Part shown: positions 1 through 13,920 of the stretch, piece after piece
How positions within the stretch are numbered: the first letter of the stretch is position 1
How the letters are laid out: every line of letters begins with the position of its first letter
Position numbers and translations under genes: made by a program
Assembly: GCF_009914755.1 (NCBI RefSeq)
Contig: NC_060939.1
Length of the DNA stretch: 64,000 bases
Strand: one strand, 5' to 3'
Source: the human T2T-CHM13v2.0 reference genome, Homo sapiens
The notes under the pieces: model-generated
The model's input: the letters and a program-made list of their open reading frames with translations, nothing else
Told to the model about the DNA's origin: nothing
The model's database searches: none

Positions 1-538
1 AAACCCAGCAATCTCATTACTGCGCATATATCCAGAGGAATATAAATCATTTTACTATAAAGACATAAGCACACAAATGTTCATTGCAGCACTAGTCACA
101 ATAGCAAAGACATGGAATCAATCTAAATGCTCATCAGTCGTAGACTGGATAAGTGTAATACATATACTCCATGGAATACTATGCAGCCATGAAAAGGAAT
201 GAAATAATGTCCTTTGCAGGAACATGGATGGAGCTAGAGGCCATTATCCTCAGCAAATTAAAATAGGAACAGAAAACCAAATATCACATGTTCTCACTTA
301 TAAGTGGGAGCTAAATGATGAGAACTTATGCACACAAAGAAGAAAACAATAGACACTGAGTTCTACTTGAGGATGGAGGATGGAAGGAGGGAGAGGAGCA
401 GAAAAGATAACTATTGGATACTGGGCTTAATACCTGGGTGATGAAATAATCTGTACAACAAACCCCCATGACATGAGTTTACCTATGTGGCAAACTTTCA
501 CATGTACCTCCAAAACTAAAATAAAAGTTAAAACAAAA
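1..538 (+). mobile_element. LINE-1 3' end (older L1PA, about L1PA13-like), continues off the left edge
   Basis: L1 ORF2-end/3'UTR motifs (catggaatactatgcagcc, ttctcacttataagtgggagc, acaaacccccatgac) ending aataaaagttaaaa. Confidence 0.85.
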
Positions 539-729
539 GTTTCTTTCAACCTGTAAAATATTACATGCTATGTACTACCCTGTTGCACAGCCTCAGCAGG
601 CTCAATCCTTCTACAGCCTGGACGTAAAGCATGCAGGGACCTCAAAGTAGAATTGCAAGAGGTGAGACCATACAGCTAAGGGAAGCAGAGTAAGGTCTGA
701 TGTATTAAATTAAATAGAAGAAATGGCCA

Positions 730-1255
730 ATACAGTTGGTTGCCCATCAAGTATTTAGTCTCTTATTGTTCCTTGTTTTGAGACACACTACTTTTTTTGG
801 GGTGCAGCAACATATCCATTCCAAGGCATGATTGTGCAGAGACACTTCTGATAAGTGTGGTCCCTAATTTTCCAGCTTCCCTTGCTTCTGTGGGAAGACT
901 TGCTGCCCATGGAAGTCTGCTGGGAAGTGGGTGTGAAGAGATGAGCTATGAAAATATTTGCTTTCCTGATTATAGAAAATAGAATGGCCTCCAAGAGCCC
1001 TTTCCCCTTTTATAGTCTTCCCATCTTGCACGGGACACAGATATGATGGCTTGAGTGTCAGTAACCTCGCTGTGACCAGGAGAGGAAGGCCACAAAAATG
1101 GAAGAAACTTTTGACCTAATTTGGTAGAGCTACTAAAATAATCATAGTAATTGCCTACCTCCCTGATCTTTTGGAGAAAACCAAAGTGTTGTTCCCTAAT
1201 GCCTCTGTCATGGGATTTTCTAATTCAGGCAGCTGAACGTATTTCTAACTAATAT
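730..1255 (+). mobile_element. Degraded MaLR LTR (MLT1 family)
   Basis: tttccagcttcccttgc near the start and an MLT1-type 3' end ...gcagctgaacgtatttctaactaata; boundaries approximate. Confidence 0.45.
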
Positions 1256-1816
1256 GGAAGAATGGCATGGGGGCTGTTCCATCTGCTTGGAGGGACACTC
1301 AGCCATTCCAAGCACCTAGTCCAGGATACATAACAAAATTGAGACTAACTCAAGCCAATATCTCTCTCTCAGGGGTTGGAGAAAGCAAGGTATGAGGTTT
1401 TGGAGCAGCAGCCGTAGTTCTAAGGATGGGTGGATATCAGAGTTGAAGTACCAAGAAAGCCTTTTGAGGATACTCTGATCCTCTAGTTCAGGGTATGTAA
1501 AAGCAGATTCTGGCCCCAGTAGAAGTGAACTTCTCCCAAAGGAGAAGACTGAATTTATTCACCGCCTGGGTTTTCTTTTTACTGGAGAACTGCACTAAAA
1601 CAAAACAAAACAAAAAACATCTGTCTTCCTTCAGGACCTTGCAGCATCAATCAGTTTCATGCAAAGGAGAAGCTCCAGCGTTGTCTTGCCACAAAGAGCC
1701 TTGGGGGTGACCCACATTCACTGTCACATCCTTCACATCTTTTTCCATCTCGTTGTTGCTTTTTGCCACTTCTGAAATTGTTACACATTTTCTTGTTTGG
1801 ATCCCTGCATAGCCTG

Positions 1817-2360
1817 TGTGATGGTTAATATTGAGTGTCAACTTGATTGGATTGAAGGTGCAAAGTATTGTTCCTGGGTGTGTCTGTGAGGGTATTGCCA
1901 AAGGAGATTAACATTTGAGTCAATGGACTGGGAGAGGTAGACCCACTCTCAATCTGGATGGGCACCGTCTAATCAGCTGCCAGCTCAGCTAGAATAAAGC
2001 AGGCAGAAGAAGATAGAAAGAGCAGACTTGCTGAGTCTTCTGACCCTCATCTTTCTCCTGTGCTGCATGCTTCCTGCCCTTGAACATCAGACTCCAAGTT
2101 CTTCAGCTTTTGGACTCTTGGACTTACACCAATGATTTCCCAGGGGCCCTCAGGCCTTCCGCCACAAACTGAAGGCTGCACTGTTGGCTTCCCTACTCTT
2201 GAGATTTTGGGACTCAGACTGGCTTCCTTGCTCCTCAGCCTGCAGATAGCCTATTGTGGGACTTCACCTCGTGATCGTGTGGGTCAACACCCCTTAATAA
2301 ACTCCCCTTCAAATATACATCTATCCTGTTAGTCCTGTCCCTCTAAAGAATCCTAATACA
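1817..2360 (+). mobile_element. ERV-L solo LTR, MLT2A (544 bp, fits MLT2A2)
   Basis: Starts TGTGATGGTTAATATTGAGTGTCAACTTGATTGGATTGAAGG, ends ...cctaataca; 5-bp TSD gcctg/gccta. Confidence 0.85.
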
Positions 2361-2623
2361 GCCTAATAACTTACCTCTCTCCTCAAAGGCTAACGTGATG
2401 TTTCCCTGCAGATATGCCAACTTATGTGAGTTTGGGTAAGCATTTATCCTCTCCATCAGTACCACTCTTTCTGAGCTTTTGCTGATCACCTGAGTGGCAA
2501 ATAAGCAGAAGACTGGAATAAGGAAGAAAGTCAGCCAAATGCACCAGTAATTTTGGCAGAATCTTGATAACCATGGGAGAGAATAGAGTACGCTGTTTCT
2601 TTTTTTATTTTATATATATATGC

Positions 2624-2922
2624 TTTTTTTTTTCCAGACAGGGTCTTACACTGGCCCAGGTGGAACCATTATTGATTCACCACAGCCTTGACCTCCCAGG
2701 CTCAAGCAATCCTCCCACCTCAGCCTCCCTAGTAGCTGGAACTACAGGCATGTGTCAACACACTCAGCTAATTTTGGTAGTCCTTTTTTTTTTTTTTTTT
2801 TTTTTTTTTTTGGTAGAGACGGGGTTTCTCTGTGTTGCTCAGGCTGGGCTCGAACTTCTATGCTCAAGAGCTCCACCTGCCTTGGCCTCTCAAAGTGCTT
2901 ACAGACATGAGCCTGTGCCCGG
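2624..2922 (-). mobile_element. AluJ-like SINE with an expanded middle A tract (28 T at 2784-2811 on +)
   Basis: Antisense Alu dimer (ctcaagcaatcctcccacctcagcctcc ... caaagtgct). Confidence 0.9.
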
Positions 2923-2989
2923 TTGAGTGCACTGTTTCTAATGGAGCCCTTTGATTTGGTATGTCTTGTTTGAAACACACTTTCTTTTA

Positions 2990-3260
2990 GAAAAACTTAA
3001 CCTCTTAATTTGTTGATCTGTAAAATGGAGATAATAATAATATAGACCTCATAGAGTTGCTGTTTCAGCTGAGATGATTTATCAAACTATTTAGAAGATT
3101 GACAGCACATGGTAAGTGTCCAAGAAACGTAATCTCTCTGAGTGATCAGGCACTCACTCATTGAATCACAAATACTCATTAAGTACTGGTTATATGCTGA
3201 ATACCTGGCATATAATGTTGACCACTAAGCCATGGTCCCTACCTTCAGGGAACTTATAAG
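2990..3260. mobile_element. MIR (+) followed by L2 3' end (-) fragments
   Basis: atctgtaaaatggagataataata (MIR core); cactcattgaatcacaaatactcattaagtac (L2 tail). Confidence 0.55.
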
Positions 3261-3262
3261 AG

Positions 3263-3774
3263 TGTTGAATAAAAATTATAGAAGGAAATTGTTACAAACT
3301 AAGTGCACACACAAGGGCCCAACAGACCAAACTAAAAGTCAAAATGGAGTCACTTATGCTGAGGCTCCACATCACCAAACCAAAACTGAGTTATCCAACT
3401 TGAGAAATCTGGAGGGAGAGATAGGCAAATTTCCCAAACAGGCCAGTTTCAATTGGCGTGGTAATGAAGTTCCCTCTGCCTTTAACTCTTAAACAAAAAG
3501 TAACCTGAAGTAACTTGATGTTAGCCAATCACTTTTCTATTGTTTTGTTTCTGTTTTCCTACCTTACAAGAAATATAAATTTGAAAGGACCAATCACTTC
3601 CTGTTCTTTGTTTCTGCTTTCTTCAGCCCTGCTCTGCCTATAAAACCAATGTCCTCTGCTCAGCTCACTGGAACTTATTCCATTTTATGAAATGAAGTGT
3701 TGCCCAATTCTAGGACCTCAAATAAAGCAACCTTAGATCTTTAAATGTAATTCTTGTAACTTTGTCTTTTGGCA
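3263..3774 (+). mobile_element. ERV1 solo LTR, LTR54-like
   Basis: TGTTGAATAAAAATTATAG start, caaaatggagtcac, CCAAT boxes, cctataaaa TATA, aataaa, ends ...cttttggca. Confidence 0.7.
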
Positions 3775-4029
3775 AAAGCAATCAGTAGATAAACCATACT
3801 CTTTGGTCCTATGCGTGCTGTGATATGAAGTAAAAAACATGGTTCTAAGTAACATGGAATCTACTTGCAAAGGAGACTGTGACATTTACAAGATGAATGG
3901 ATATATTTGAAGAGCACAAACTCTTTGGCTTTTGGTTAAATATTCTGAGACTCTTTTCCTCCACATTTGAAATGTATTCACACTTCCCCAGGAGGAAAAG
4001 CTAAAGCTCAACCCTGTCAGGACGTTGTA

Positions 4030-4730
4030 ATTTCTGGGTCAGTCAGGAGAAAAACTACACAGTACTTTAACAGTTATGGTAATATAAATATTCTAATAGG
4101 GAATTGGAGTAATCAGGAATTAGGTCACTGGAAGTCGAGAACTCTAAAGAACATAGAAATAGTAAACATGACGAACAGTCACAGCTATGGAGCAGAGACA
4201 TCACGCCCAAGGAAGAGCCCTCTGCAGTGGCCATTCCCCACCCAAAGCTGAGATCCAACCTGGCTGGAGAGGCCATTTTGTGGCTCATGATGGCAGAGAA
4301 GTCACTGTATATAGAGATAATATACGTAGAGAAGCCATCCTGGCAGATCTTGCTGGAAATAGGCCCTTTGGAATTTGCTGGAAAACTGCCCTCCAGGAAA
4401 ACTTCACCAGGAGGCATCTTTCTTACTGGAGGCACTCTACAACAAAGTGCTCAAAGAAGAGCTGCCAGGCAAGGTGCCAGCCATTGAGAGCTGCTGACTG
4501 CCATGCAATGCAGAGCCTGATGCAGGAGAACCATGCACACTACAGGAGCAGGCCCAGGGAACATGCCAGAAGCAGGAGGCAAAATTCTTCTCTGCCAGAA
4601 TCTCTCTCCAGTGCCTTGTAGTGAATTAGTGCTAGCTGGTGGAAGAAAAAGAGTTAAGATTGCAGATTTATTTCAACAAGGCAGTAAAAAGGGTGATATT
4701 GGAACTGAGAGGCAATGGATGAATAGCACA
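4030..4730 (-). mobile_element. Ancient LTR, resembles mammalian Gypsy LTR (MamGypLTR/LTR81 group)
   Basis: ctgggtcagtcaggaga...actacacag at one end and gggtgatattggaactgagaggcaat...gcaca at the other match the recalled consensus; GC-richer than the flanks. Confidence 0.5.
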
Positions 4731-5799
4731 GGCATCCAACTCGAACCAGGCAATATACAGTATTCTCTCCATTAGGACAGAAGAGTCAACTCTTGATCCA
4801 GAGAGTTGAGAACTAAGATGTTCCTTTTCTCCTTAACTGCCTCCCCTGTAAACCTACACACACAAACACACACATACGCAAAACATTCAGTACACAGTGG
4901 TGTAACCAGAATAGGATAACTGTAGTAAATACTCCCATTTTAAAAAGGGAATGTGAGGGAGACAGCAACAGTCACCACCCATAGCAATTGTGCTTGGAGG
5001 ACTGTGAAGTTTTCATCCCCTAAGGTGGAGGAGGACTCAAGAGGAAGTCATGGTTCTACTCCTGGAAGGGCTCATTTGACATTTCTTCTAGATTCCCTGA
5101 CTCTACTGTCGGGAAGTTTCTTCCGAGGGTTTTAGAATTGTTTCAGTAAAAGATATGTTTACATTCTGAACTTGTGGCTTCTTAGGTTATTCATTGTCTC
5201 AAAAAGTTAATCAGATTCTGACTCATGGACTCTCACTCAGTTCCAGGAACCAGCAACCACACCTAGACATCTGAAGAGACATAGATTTTAGAGCCACTTT
5301 ATTACTTTTCATTTTTTCCCTCACACCTCTCTCTCTCAACTTAATTAAAATACCTTAAAACTCAATCTGATCTTTGCCTAGAATCACTTTATCTTACTGA
5401 GCGTTTGTGATTCAAAGCCTTTTGTAATCCCTTCTCTTACAGTTTGGGCTTTAGAAACAGTCGGCTTTTCTAACCCTGCAAGGACCCAATTTTCTGGATT
5501 CTATTTCATTCCAGTTCATTTCTACTTATAAGGAGGCTAATGAATTACTGAGTTCTTGTCTTTCTTGTAATACCTTGTCAATCCACCAATAGTTGCTAAT
5601 ATCTCAGTAACAACTGCCTTTTAAATTTTGTATTATTTCCTTCTAACACTGCAGGCACATTGTACCTGTTCTCACTTTTCACTGTAAAAAATGGATCACC
5701 ATCTTCTTAGCCTCACTGTTAACTGCTCAACTCCTTATTCAATGCCACATAAATTAGGTTTTTGTAACGTCATTACCCTACTTTTGGAACCAAGATTCC

Positions 5800-6717
5800 T
5801 ATAAGTCAGGAGAGTTAACAGATTTGGTTACAGTGTAAAAGCTCTAAAATCTCAGGTACTTAAAATAATTTAAGGATTATTTCTCAGTTAACCTAAGTCT
5901 CATACAAATTAAAGAGTCCTGTTCTATCTTGAAACTACCTATCTGGAACACATCACTTTTAAGATTAGCATGATAAGGAAGAAGAAAAATGGCAATTCTA
6001 CTGGAAACTTTGTGTGGACTTTATATCCTGACATAGAAGACATGGAAAGAGATTACAACATATCCAGATGTGGAAAAAAATAAATTCACAAAACAGTATT
6101 CAAAATTTCTATTAATTTTGGAATCTGTGATATCTCTCTCCTGCAGAGAGACAGGAGCTCCCCAGTAGGTCTTCTGGTTCTGTGACAAAATACACAGGGT
6201 TTTACAGACGACCTTGAGGATGTGGTGTCTGATTTACATAGGGCACGAGAGATTGGTTGGACCAGGTGCGCCATTCACACAGTGTGTGAAGATGCTGGCC
6301 ACCCCACCCTAATCTTTTGTTATGCAGATGGGTTCTCTACCCGGCCGGCACCATGTTGCCTGCTTTTTTACTGCACATGTGGTGATGAAGAAAAAGGAAG
6401 AGGGAACCTCCATGTTGAATATACCTGGCTTCCAGGTATCCCTTTTCTATTGGCACAGCTGCTGGCATTTCCCTATGCAAGTTTTAGCTTGCTTATCTAT
6501 GCTTGCAGCTTGATTTTTCAGGCTGCTTTTTATTAAAGGGAAACCTTACCAAGGACTCTCTTACCCTCGCTGTCTGCCTAAATCATTTCCTTCTAGCTCC
6601 TGTATCACCAGCCCATTGGCCAGGAGCAGCCAAATGGCCCAAACCTAACTTCAAGGAAGACTGGAGAATGTAGCTGGCACATGGAGTACTTTTGGACCAC
6701 GAACTTTCTCTGCCACA
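5800..6717 (-). mobile_element. MLT1 (J/K-like) LTR interrupted by MER50
   Basis: taagtcagga...aaatctcag before the insert; cccattggccagga...ctctgccaca resumes right after 6607. Confidence 0.5.
6140..6607 (-). mobile_element. ERV1 LTR MER50 (partial)
   Basis: Reverse complement begins TGATACAGGAGCTAGAAGGAAATGATTTAGGCAGACAGCGAGGGTAAGAGAGTCC. Confidence 0.75.
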
Positions 6718-6812
6718 GTATAACATATGCTGTGTCAAAAAAGTATGCCTAAGATAAAATGAAATCTAAGATAAGACCTGAAGGAAGAGTAAGAGTCAGG
6801 TGAAGAATGAAG

Positions 6813-7120
<308 letters not shown>

Positions 7121-7821
7121 TGAGGGCAGGCATGTTTCAGGATGGCCGACCAGCATGTGCAGGGAAAGCATGGCACCATTCGGGGAACATACTGAGCTGA
7201 GTTAGGGGACCAATTCAAAGTCAGTCCTGATGATAGAGAGACAGAACATTCGACTGGACATCGCTTTGCTCAGAACTTTAGCAATGTTGAAGTCATAAGG
7301 GACGCACAGTAGAACTGAAAGAGGAAGGGACAAAAATAACTGTTTAAGATAGTCCAAGAATATGTAGTACCTACATAAGTAATCTGCATATTTTTAATGC
7401 CTTCATTCATGAAATCTGCAAATTTTTAATACCTTCAATTCATTTTCAGAAATGAATATGTATTTCACATTAGAAAACAAGTAGAATTAATTATCATCTT
7501 TTACTCAGCAATTCCATTTTCAATTTTCTTAAGGGCAATAAGTAAGAATCTTTAAGATAGAGTGACAATACAATTTATTGACCGAACTAGGAGACTTTTG
7601 CAGGGAAAAGGGTTTTCTCCAAATACTTACAGTAGGACAACGGCTGTAAACTGGCTCTTTCCTGAGCAAATCAGAATGTATGGTCATCGTGTATATAAGT
7701 ATTATGAAATTTGTCACATCATTGTTTACAATGTCACAGTAAATAAATTATAGCAATAAATAGGAATTATAATTATCATGTAAAATGATGACATAGTAAG
7801 CAGCTGATAAAACAATGTTAT

Positions 7822-7989
7822 GCCTGGGTGTGCTGGTGCACACTGTAGTCCTAGCTACTCGGGAGGCTGAGGCAGGAGGATCGCCTGAACCAGGAGTTCG
7901 AGGTTGCAGTGAGTTATGATCTTACCACGACACCCAAGTCTGGGCAACAGAGCAAGACCCCATCACTAAAAAAAAAAAAAAAAAAAAAA
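7822..7989 (+). mobile_element. Alu right monomer (FRAM/AluJ-type) with poly(A)
   Basis: Single arm tgtagtcctagctactcgggaggctgagg...gggcaacagagcaagacc plus A tail. Confidence 0.85.
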
Positions 7990-8107
7990 GTTATAAAGAA
8001 AATATTTGATATCATGAAAAGAGTTCACGATATGTAAAGATAGAGAAAAAAAGTTTACAGATTTATTTCCATTCAATGGGTGGTAGTAGAAAAGATAGTA
8101 AAAAACC

Positions 8108-8423
<316 letters not shown>

Positions 8424-8639
8424 TTATTAAAATTGGTTGACTCATTGAATAGTAGAATGATATGTGTGTGCATATGTGTGTGCGTGTATGTATGTTTTCT
8501 ATTTTGATTCATTGTTATTAGTCAGCAGTCTGGGGATACAGCACTTTAAAAAGATACTTTTGGACCTCACCAAAGTTTTTACAAGTAGATTCAGCTGAAG
8601 GACAGCTCAGAGTCAAAGAATAATAATTCTTCCCAAATG

Positions 8640-8850
8640 TATAGCACTTTCACATTAAAGTGCCTTCATGTGCGTTATCTGATTTCATCTACTCAACAGA
8701 AGACAGGTATTATAATTCTCATTTTACAGTTCCAGAATCAGAATTTCTGAAAGATTAACTTAATTGCCCGAAGTCAAACAGATATTTTAAGGTGGGGTGA
8801 GAATTATAACTCACATCTCCCAACTCTAAGTTCAAATTTCTTTCAAAGAC
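8640..8850 (-). mobile_element. MIR
   Basis: attctcattttacag...aattgcccgaagtcaaacag. Confidence 0.6.
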
Positions 8851-9287
8851 AGCAACCTAGGTTCATCCCGGGTCACTAATTATGATGCAATATTTTATTA
8901 CAGGCAGTGTTAAGGGGCTACTATTTGGTTGGAAGAAGCCTTTGGAAAAGTTGTTGAAGAGTCACGTGCACAAGTGATGTGCTGAGCAGACTGGATCTTG
9001 CCTGATGGCCAGAAAATTAAAACAACACTGAAATTAATAAAAATTCAAACTCCCATTCTGCTATTTGAATACTTCACTGAGCTTAAGGATATAACATTTA
9101 GGATTCTTTTTTTTTGTAGTGGAATTTATTCCAGTGCTAGTTTATATAGTATATATAATCTACTTAATTTATCCTTTCCATACATGAACACATGAGTCCA
9201 TAAACCTTTTATTCATTTATTAATAGACTCACTATGATTATTTCTGTTGAAGTGTCTAGTGGGGAATGCTAAGAAATACCATGAGGA

Positions 9288-9646
<359 letters not shown>

Positions 9647-11259
9647 TCATCCCTTCGCATGTCCCCTGCCCATTACTCAGAAATCTGTGTGGCATCTTTT
9701 CATATGGGCTTTAAGTTCTTCAAGGAACCTTTTAAGGATGTGGCAATACTCCCTGCAAGCACACAAACCTATCCAGGGACTACCGACTTAATCAGCTAGA
9801 AACACGAAGATCATCTCTGCTGCTTCTCTGAAAATTAAATGCTAAATTTGAGAAGGGTGGTGGGAATTCTTTGCTGATCTTAATGAATAATGAATAATGA
9901 AAGCTGCCCGGCTCCTGTTGACTAAGTATATGCTTGGATTTGATCAGCCATTTAATTTCATATTTTGGTAATTGTTTTGAATGATACCAGAATTGAGGGA
10001 CAGTTACTCACATGAGCATAATTTCTAGTCCTGAAACCTGGCAAGCTTGTCTTATTGACCTGACCTAAATTTATATTGTTGGTTTTTAAAATTTAGTATT
10101 CCTTCAGGTATTTCATAAATTGCTTTAGGTAGATTTTATGTCAGATATTTCATATTTTATGTTGTTCTATGACTCAATCATTTGCAGATAAATTATGGAA
10201 CTTTGAAATGTTTGCCTGATCATGGCTTCAGGGCGAAAACAGAAAGGATTGCTGAGCTAATTCCAGCGAATTTTTTATTAATTTATTTTGAAAATATCAA
10301 ACTTTGTTGTAATTTTGTTATCAAATTGTAAGTCATATGATTGCTTTACAACACTGAAGGAAGAAAATGTGCACAAAAGAGTCAAAAGATATAGGCATTG
10401 AGTGAGATCCAGGGTTCAAATCCTAGCTTCACCGTGTAGCAGCTGAATGACTGAGGGCAAGTTAGCCTTATATTTCTTATTTTATTACTCATTTTAAAAA
10501 TACCAAATTTGTGAAGTTGTTGTGATTAGTATATAAAATAATTCATACAGATTATCTGACGTTGTTTTTTCCTTTAGATTTTACATTAAAAATATAGTAT
10601 TTTTTCTGCTATACTGCTATCTGCTATACTGGTGATAACGGACATTAGGAGAAACATTAATTATCTGCTTTAGCTGAAGTTTTTCTCTACATCATCAAAT
10701 AATTTTCCCCCATTAACATGATGTTAAGGTTGTCATCTACCTCAAAAGATGAAAGAGAGCCTTTCAATTCTGCAATTCTGTGGCTATACTGGTTTAACAT
10801 TTTACGGCATGACAGAAGCAAAAATAGAACCAAGAGCCCCATGAGTTAGCATGTGCAGTGACACTGAGGCTCCCTGACTTGGGGGGAGGAGGTGGATTTA
10901 GACCAAACACCACCAGACAGACACCCAGGCAATAAGCTGCAGACTGATAAAGAGATGAATGAAATACACCAATGAGCACCTAGAAAACACCAAAGCAAAC
11001 ACAAAACAATATGTGTAAATGACAGATTTAAAAAAGAACATATTGCATTTTTAAAAATAAAAAATAGTCATTAGAATTAAAATGTAAATGGACATTTAAA
11101 ATAAAAACGTAGACACATATGGAACAAGAATTGGTAAATTAGAAGATAAATATAAGAATACTAATATCGAAGGAAAAAGAAATGAATCTATTTAAAAAAG
11201 GTTAAAACTCACCTAAGTGGACACTAGAGCCACTCATTTGATTTGTCTGTTTTTTGACT

Positions 11260-11578
11260 GCCATAAGATTACCCTTCCTGGTCACTTTGTACACTTAGAG
11301 GATTATGCGTGGCCCATCATATTTCTAGCCAACGAGTGATTGAATGCGTGTGATGAGTATGTCTTCCAAAGTAAATATTTAATTGCCAGAACATTCTTTT
11401 CTGTTTGAGTGCCAACAAGATGTCTTAGCTAGTATCCCTGAAAAACTGCAATGAGCAGAGTGCCATTGATATATCTAAAATAAACATGTAACATGAGGAA
11501 GAGAAAAATAAAATAACTATTTGATATCTTGGACGAGTGAGATGTCAAGAATGTTTAATACACTAGCATAACCTAGCC
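11260..11578 (+). mobile_element. MLT1 (I/J-like) LTR fragment
   Basis: Ends ...gcataacctagcc, typical of an MLT1 3' end. Confidence 0.5.
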
Positions 11579-11755
11579 CAGGAATTGGTAAGCTAAGGCC
11601 TGTAGGCCCTGGATACCACTTTTTGTAAATAAAGTATCCTGGAATACAGCCACAGACATTCATTGATGTAACATCTCTAACTGCTCTCGTGCTACAACAG
11701 TGGAACTGAATAGTAGTGACAGGAACTGTGTGGTCCATACAGCCTACATAAAATG
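11579..11755 (+). mobile_element. MER58A (hAT-Charlie) fragment
   Basis: tttttgtaaataaagt...acagccac...gctacaacag...gtgacaggaactgtgtggtcc. Confidence 0.7.
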
Positions 11756-13651
11756 TCTCCCGTAATGAAGAAATGGAGACAATAAAAACTGCAGAAAAAG
11801 TCACGTAAAAGTTCCAACAGGAGATAATTTAGAAGAAAAAAAGAAATACTGTAAAGAATAGTGGCAGATAATTTTCTTAAATGAAAAAAATAAAAAAATA
11901 ATGACCCATTAAGATTTTTGTTTCTCTTTTTGATAGAACAGATTGCAGCAGACCCATGTTCCTATTAGGAAAAACTTACAAAATCAAGATGAAATTTGAA
12001 ATCTGTTTGAAGACATCAGAAACAGTCAGGAGTTTTCCTAGAATCAAGTAACTAAGATCCCAGAAAGAAGAAACTGTAGCGAGGTATGCCCATGTCCTGT
12101 AACTGCTCCACCCTTCAGGGAATTTTCAAACTTTTGGAGCCAATTCAGGAAGAAGGCCACTGTTAAGACATAAATAAACTAGATGAAAAAAATCAAAACT
12201 CCTAGAATAGAGAGGATAACATAGATATTTCAGGCTGTCAAATAATCAAAAGAAAGTTGACTTAAATATATTAATAATAAAGTAGACTCTGAGACAAAAA
12301 ATACTGCTAAAGAAAAAGAAAGGGGTTACATAATAACAAAAGGGTCAATCCACAAAAATCATAAAACTGCTAATGTTTTATGTGTATAATAATGCTTTGA
12401 TCCTTCTCCATTCTAGAACCTGGAAGAAAAGAGTAAAAAAGGTTTTGAAATATGTAAAGTAAAAATTAAAAAATTAAAATGAGAAATAGACAAACTCGCA
12501 ATTACAGTAATTTATGAGCCTTTGTATATGAACACATATAGAACCTCACTATACCCAATGATAGCAAAATAGCATATTTTTTCATTGGACATAGGACACT
12601 TATCATTAATAATTATATACTGGGCCTTTAAGTGAGCTCAACAAATTTCTAAGGAATGATTGTATGTAGAGTACGTTCTCTGATTACAGTGGAATCAAGC
12701 TATAAATCAATAACAAAAAGTAAATTATCAGCCGTTTGGAAACTAAGATATACTTGTAAATAAGACAGGGGTGAAATAAATCAACCTGGAAATTAGAAAA
12801 TATTTTGAACTAAAAGACCAAAAAATGCCCTATCAAAATATATCTGTTAAGCCTGTTTAGAGGAGAAATTACCTAAAGGAAAGATAATTTTAAATAAATA
12901 TAACTTAAAAAATAAATTCTCAAAAAACAGTAACTTATGTAACCATCTCAAGAAGCTAAGGAAAGAATAATCAGTTAACCCCAAATAAAGTTAAAACAAG
13001 AAAATAATAAAAAGATAGACTAATGGAATAAAAAACAAATGTAAAATAAAATAATATAAATAAAATCAAATTTACATTTGGGAAAGACTAATTAGATTCA
13101 TAGAATTCAACCAAGAGTTAAAAAAATACTCATATCAGGAGTAGTAAAAGAGACATAATCATAGATTTTACATATACAAAAAGAAAATAAGAAAGAAGAT
13201 TTCATAAGTAGGACAGAAAAGCAGTAACCAAAAAGAAAAAAATATATATATGTATATATATATGCACACACATATATTTGTGTGTGTATATTTATTTATA
13301 AGTTAAGCTCTACTAAAATTAAGATATTTTATTTACTATTAGAAACCACTGGAGGATGGAATGGAAAGTCAGAGTGAAATGTACTTGCAATACAGAAATC
13401 CAATAAAGGATTCATGAAGAATATATACAAAGAATGTTAAATAAGAAGAAGAAACACAGCTAATCCAATTAAAATTGGACAACAGATTTGAAAAGGCAAC
13501 TCACAAAAGAGGATGTCAAAATGGTTAATCAATACATTAAAATGTTCTCAACATCATTAATCATCAGTGAAATGTAAGTAAAAATAACAATGCAAAAACA
13601 CTACAATCCCCTTAGATAAATAAAAAAATAAAATAAAAACACTATATGAAA

Positions 13652-13920
13652 CAAGGCTGAGAGTAGAGTGAGATAAACGAAGTGTGTCTATGGTATAGAA
13701 TTTAAGAAGGCACTTACTCTCAAGTTTGCTCAAATGCAGAGTTCTACAAAAACCTCAAACTGGGTGCCTTCTTAAATTTTGTGTCCGAGCACCTAATTTT
13801 TAGAGAGACACCCTCTTAAGTTCATGCAAGTTATGCTAGGTTCAAAAGTCAATGAGGGTGTGTACCTTTTAAATTTTTCTACCTTCATTGCCTCACCTGC
13901 CTCATTGTACTCCTGGACCT
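13652..13920. mobile_element. MER96-family hAT MITE
   Basis: aatttaagaaggcac and its inverted copy gtgccttcttaaatt; TIR-like ends. Confidence 0.6.

Noticed and set aside
2564-2978. Alu-derived ORFs here and near 8124, 14734, 16105, 42426, 43897, 47323, 48991, 53227
   Set aside because: Typical Alu translation motifs (LECSG, PASAS, QAGLELL); no coding evidence
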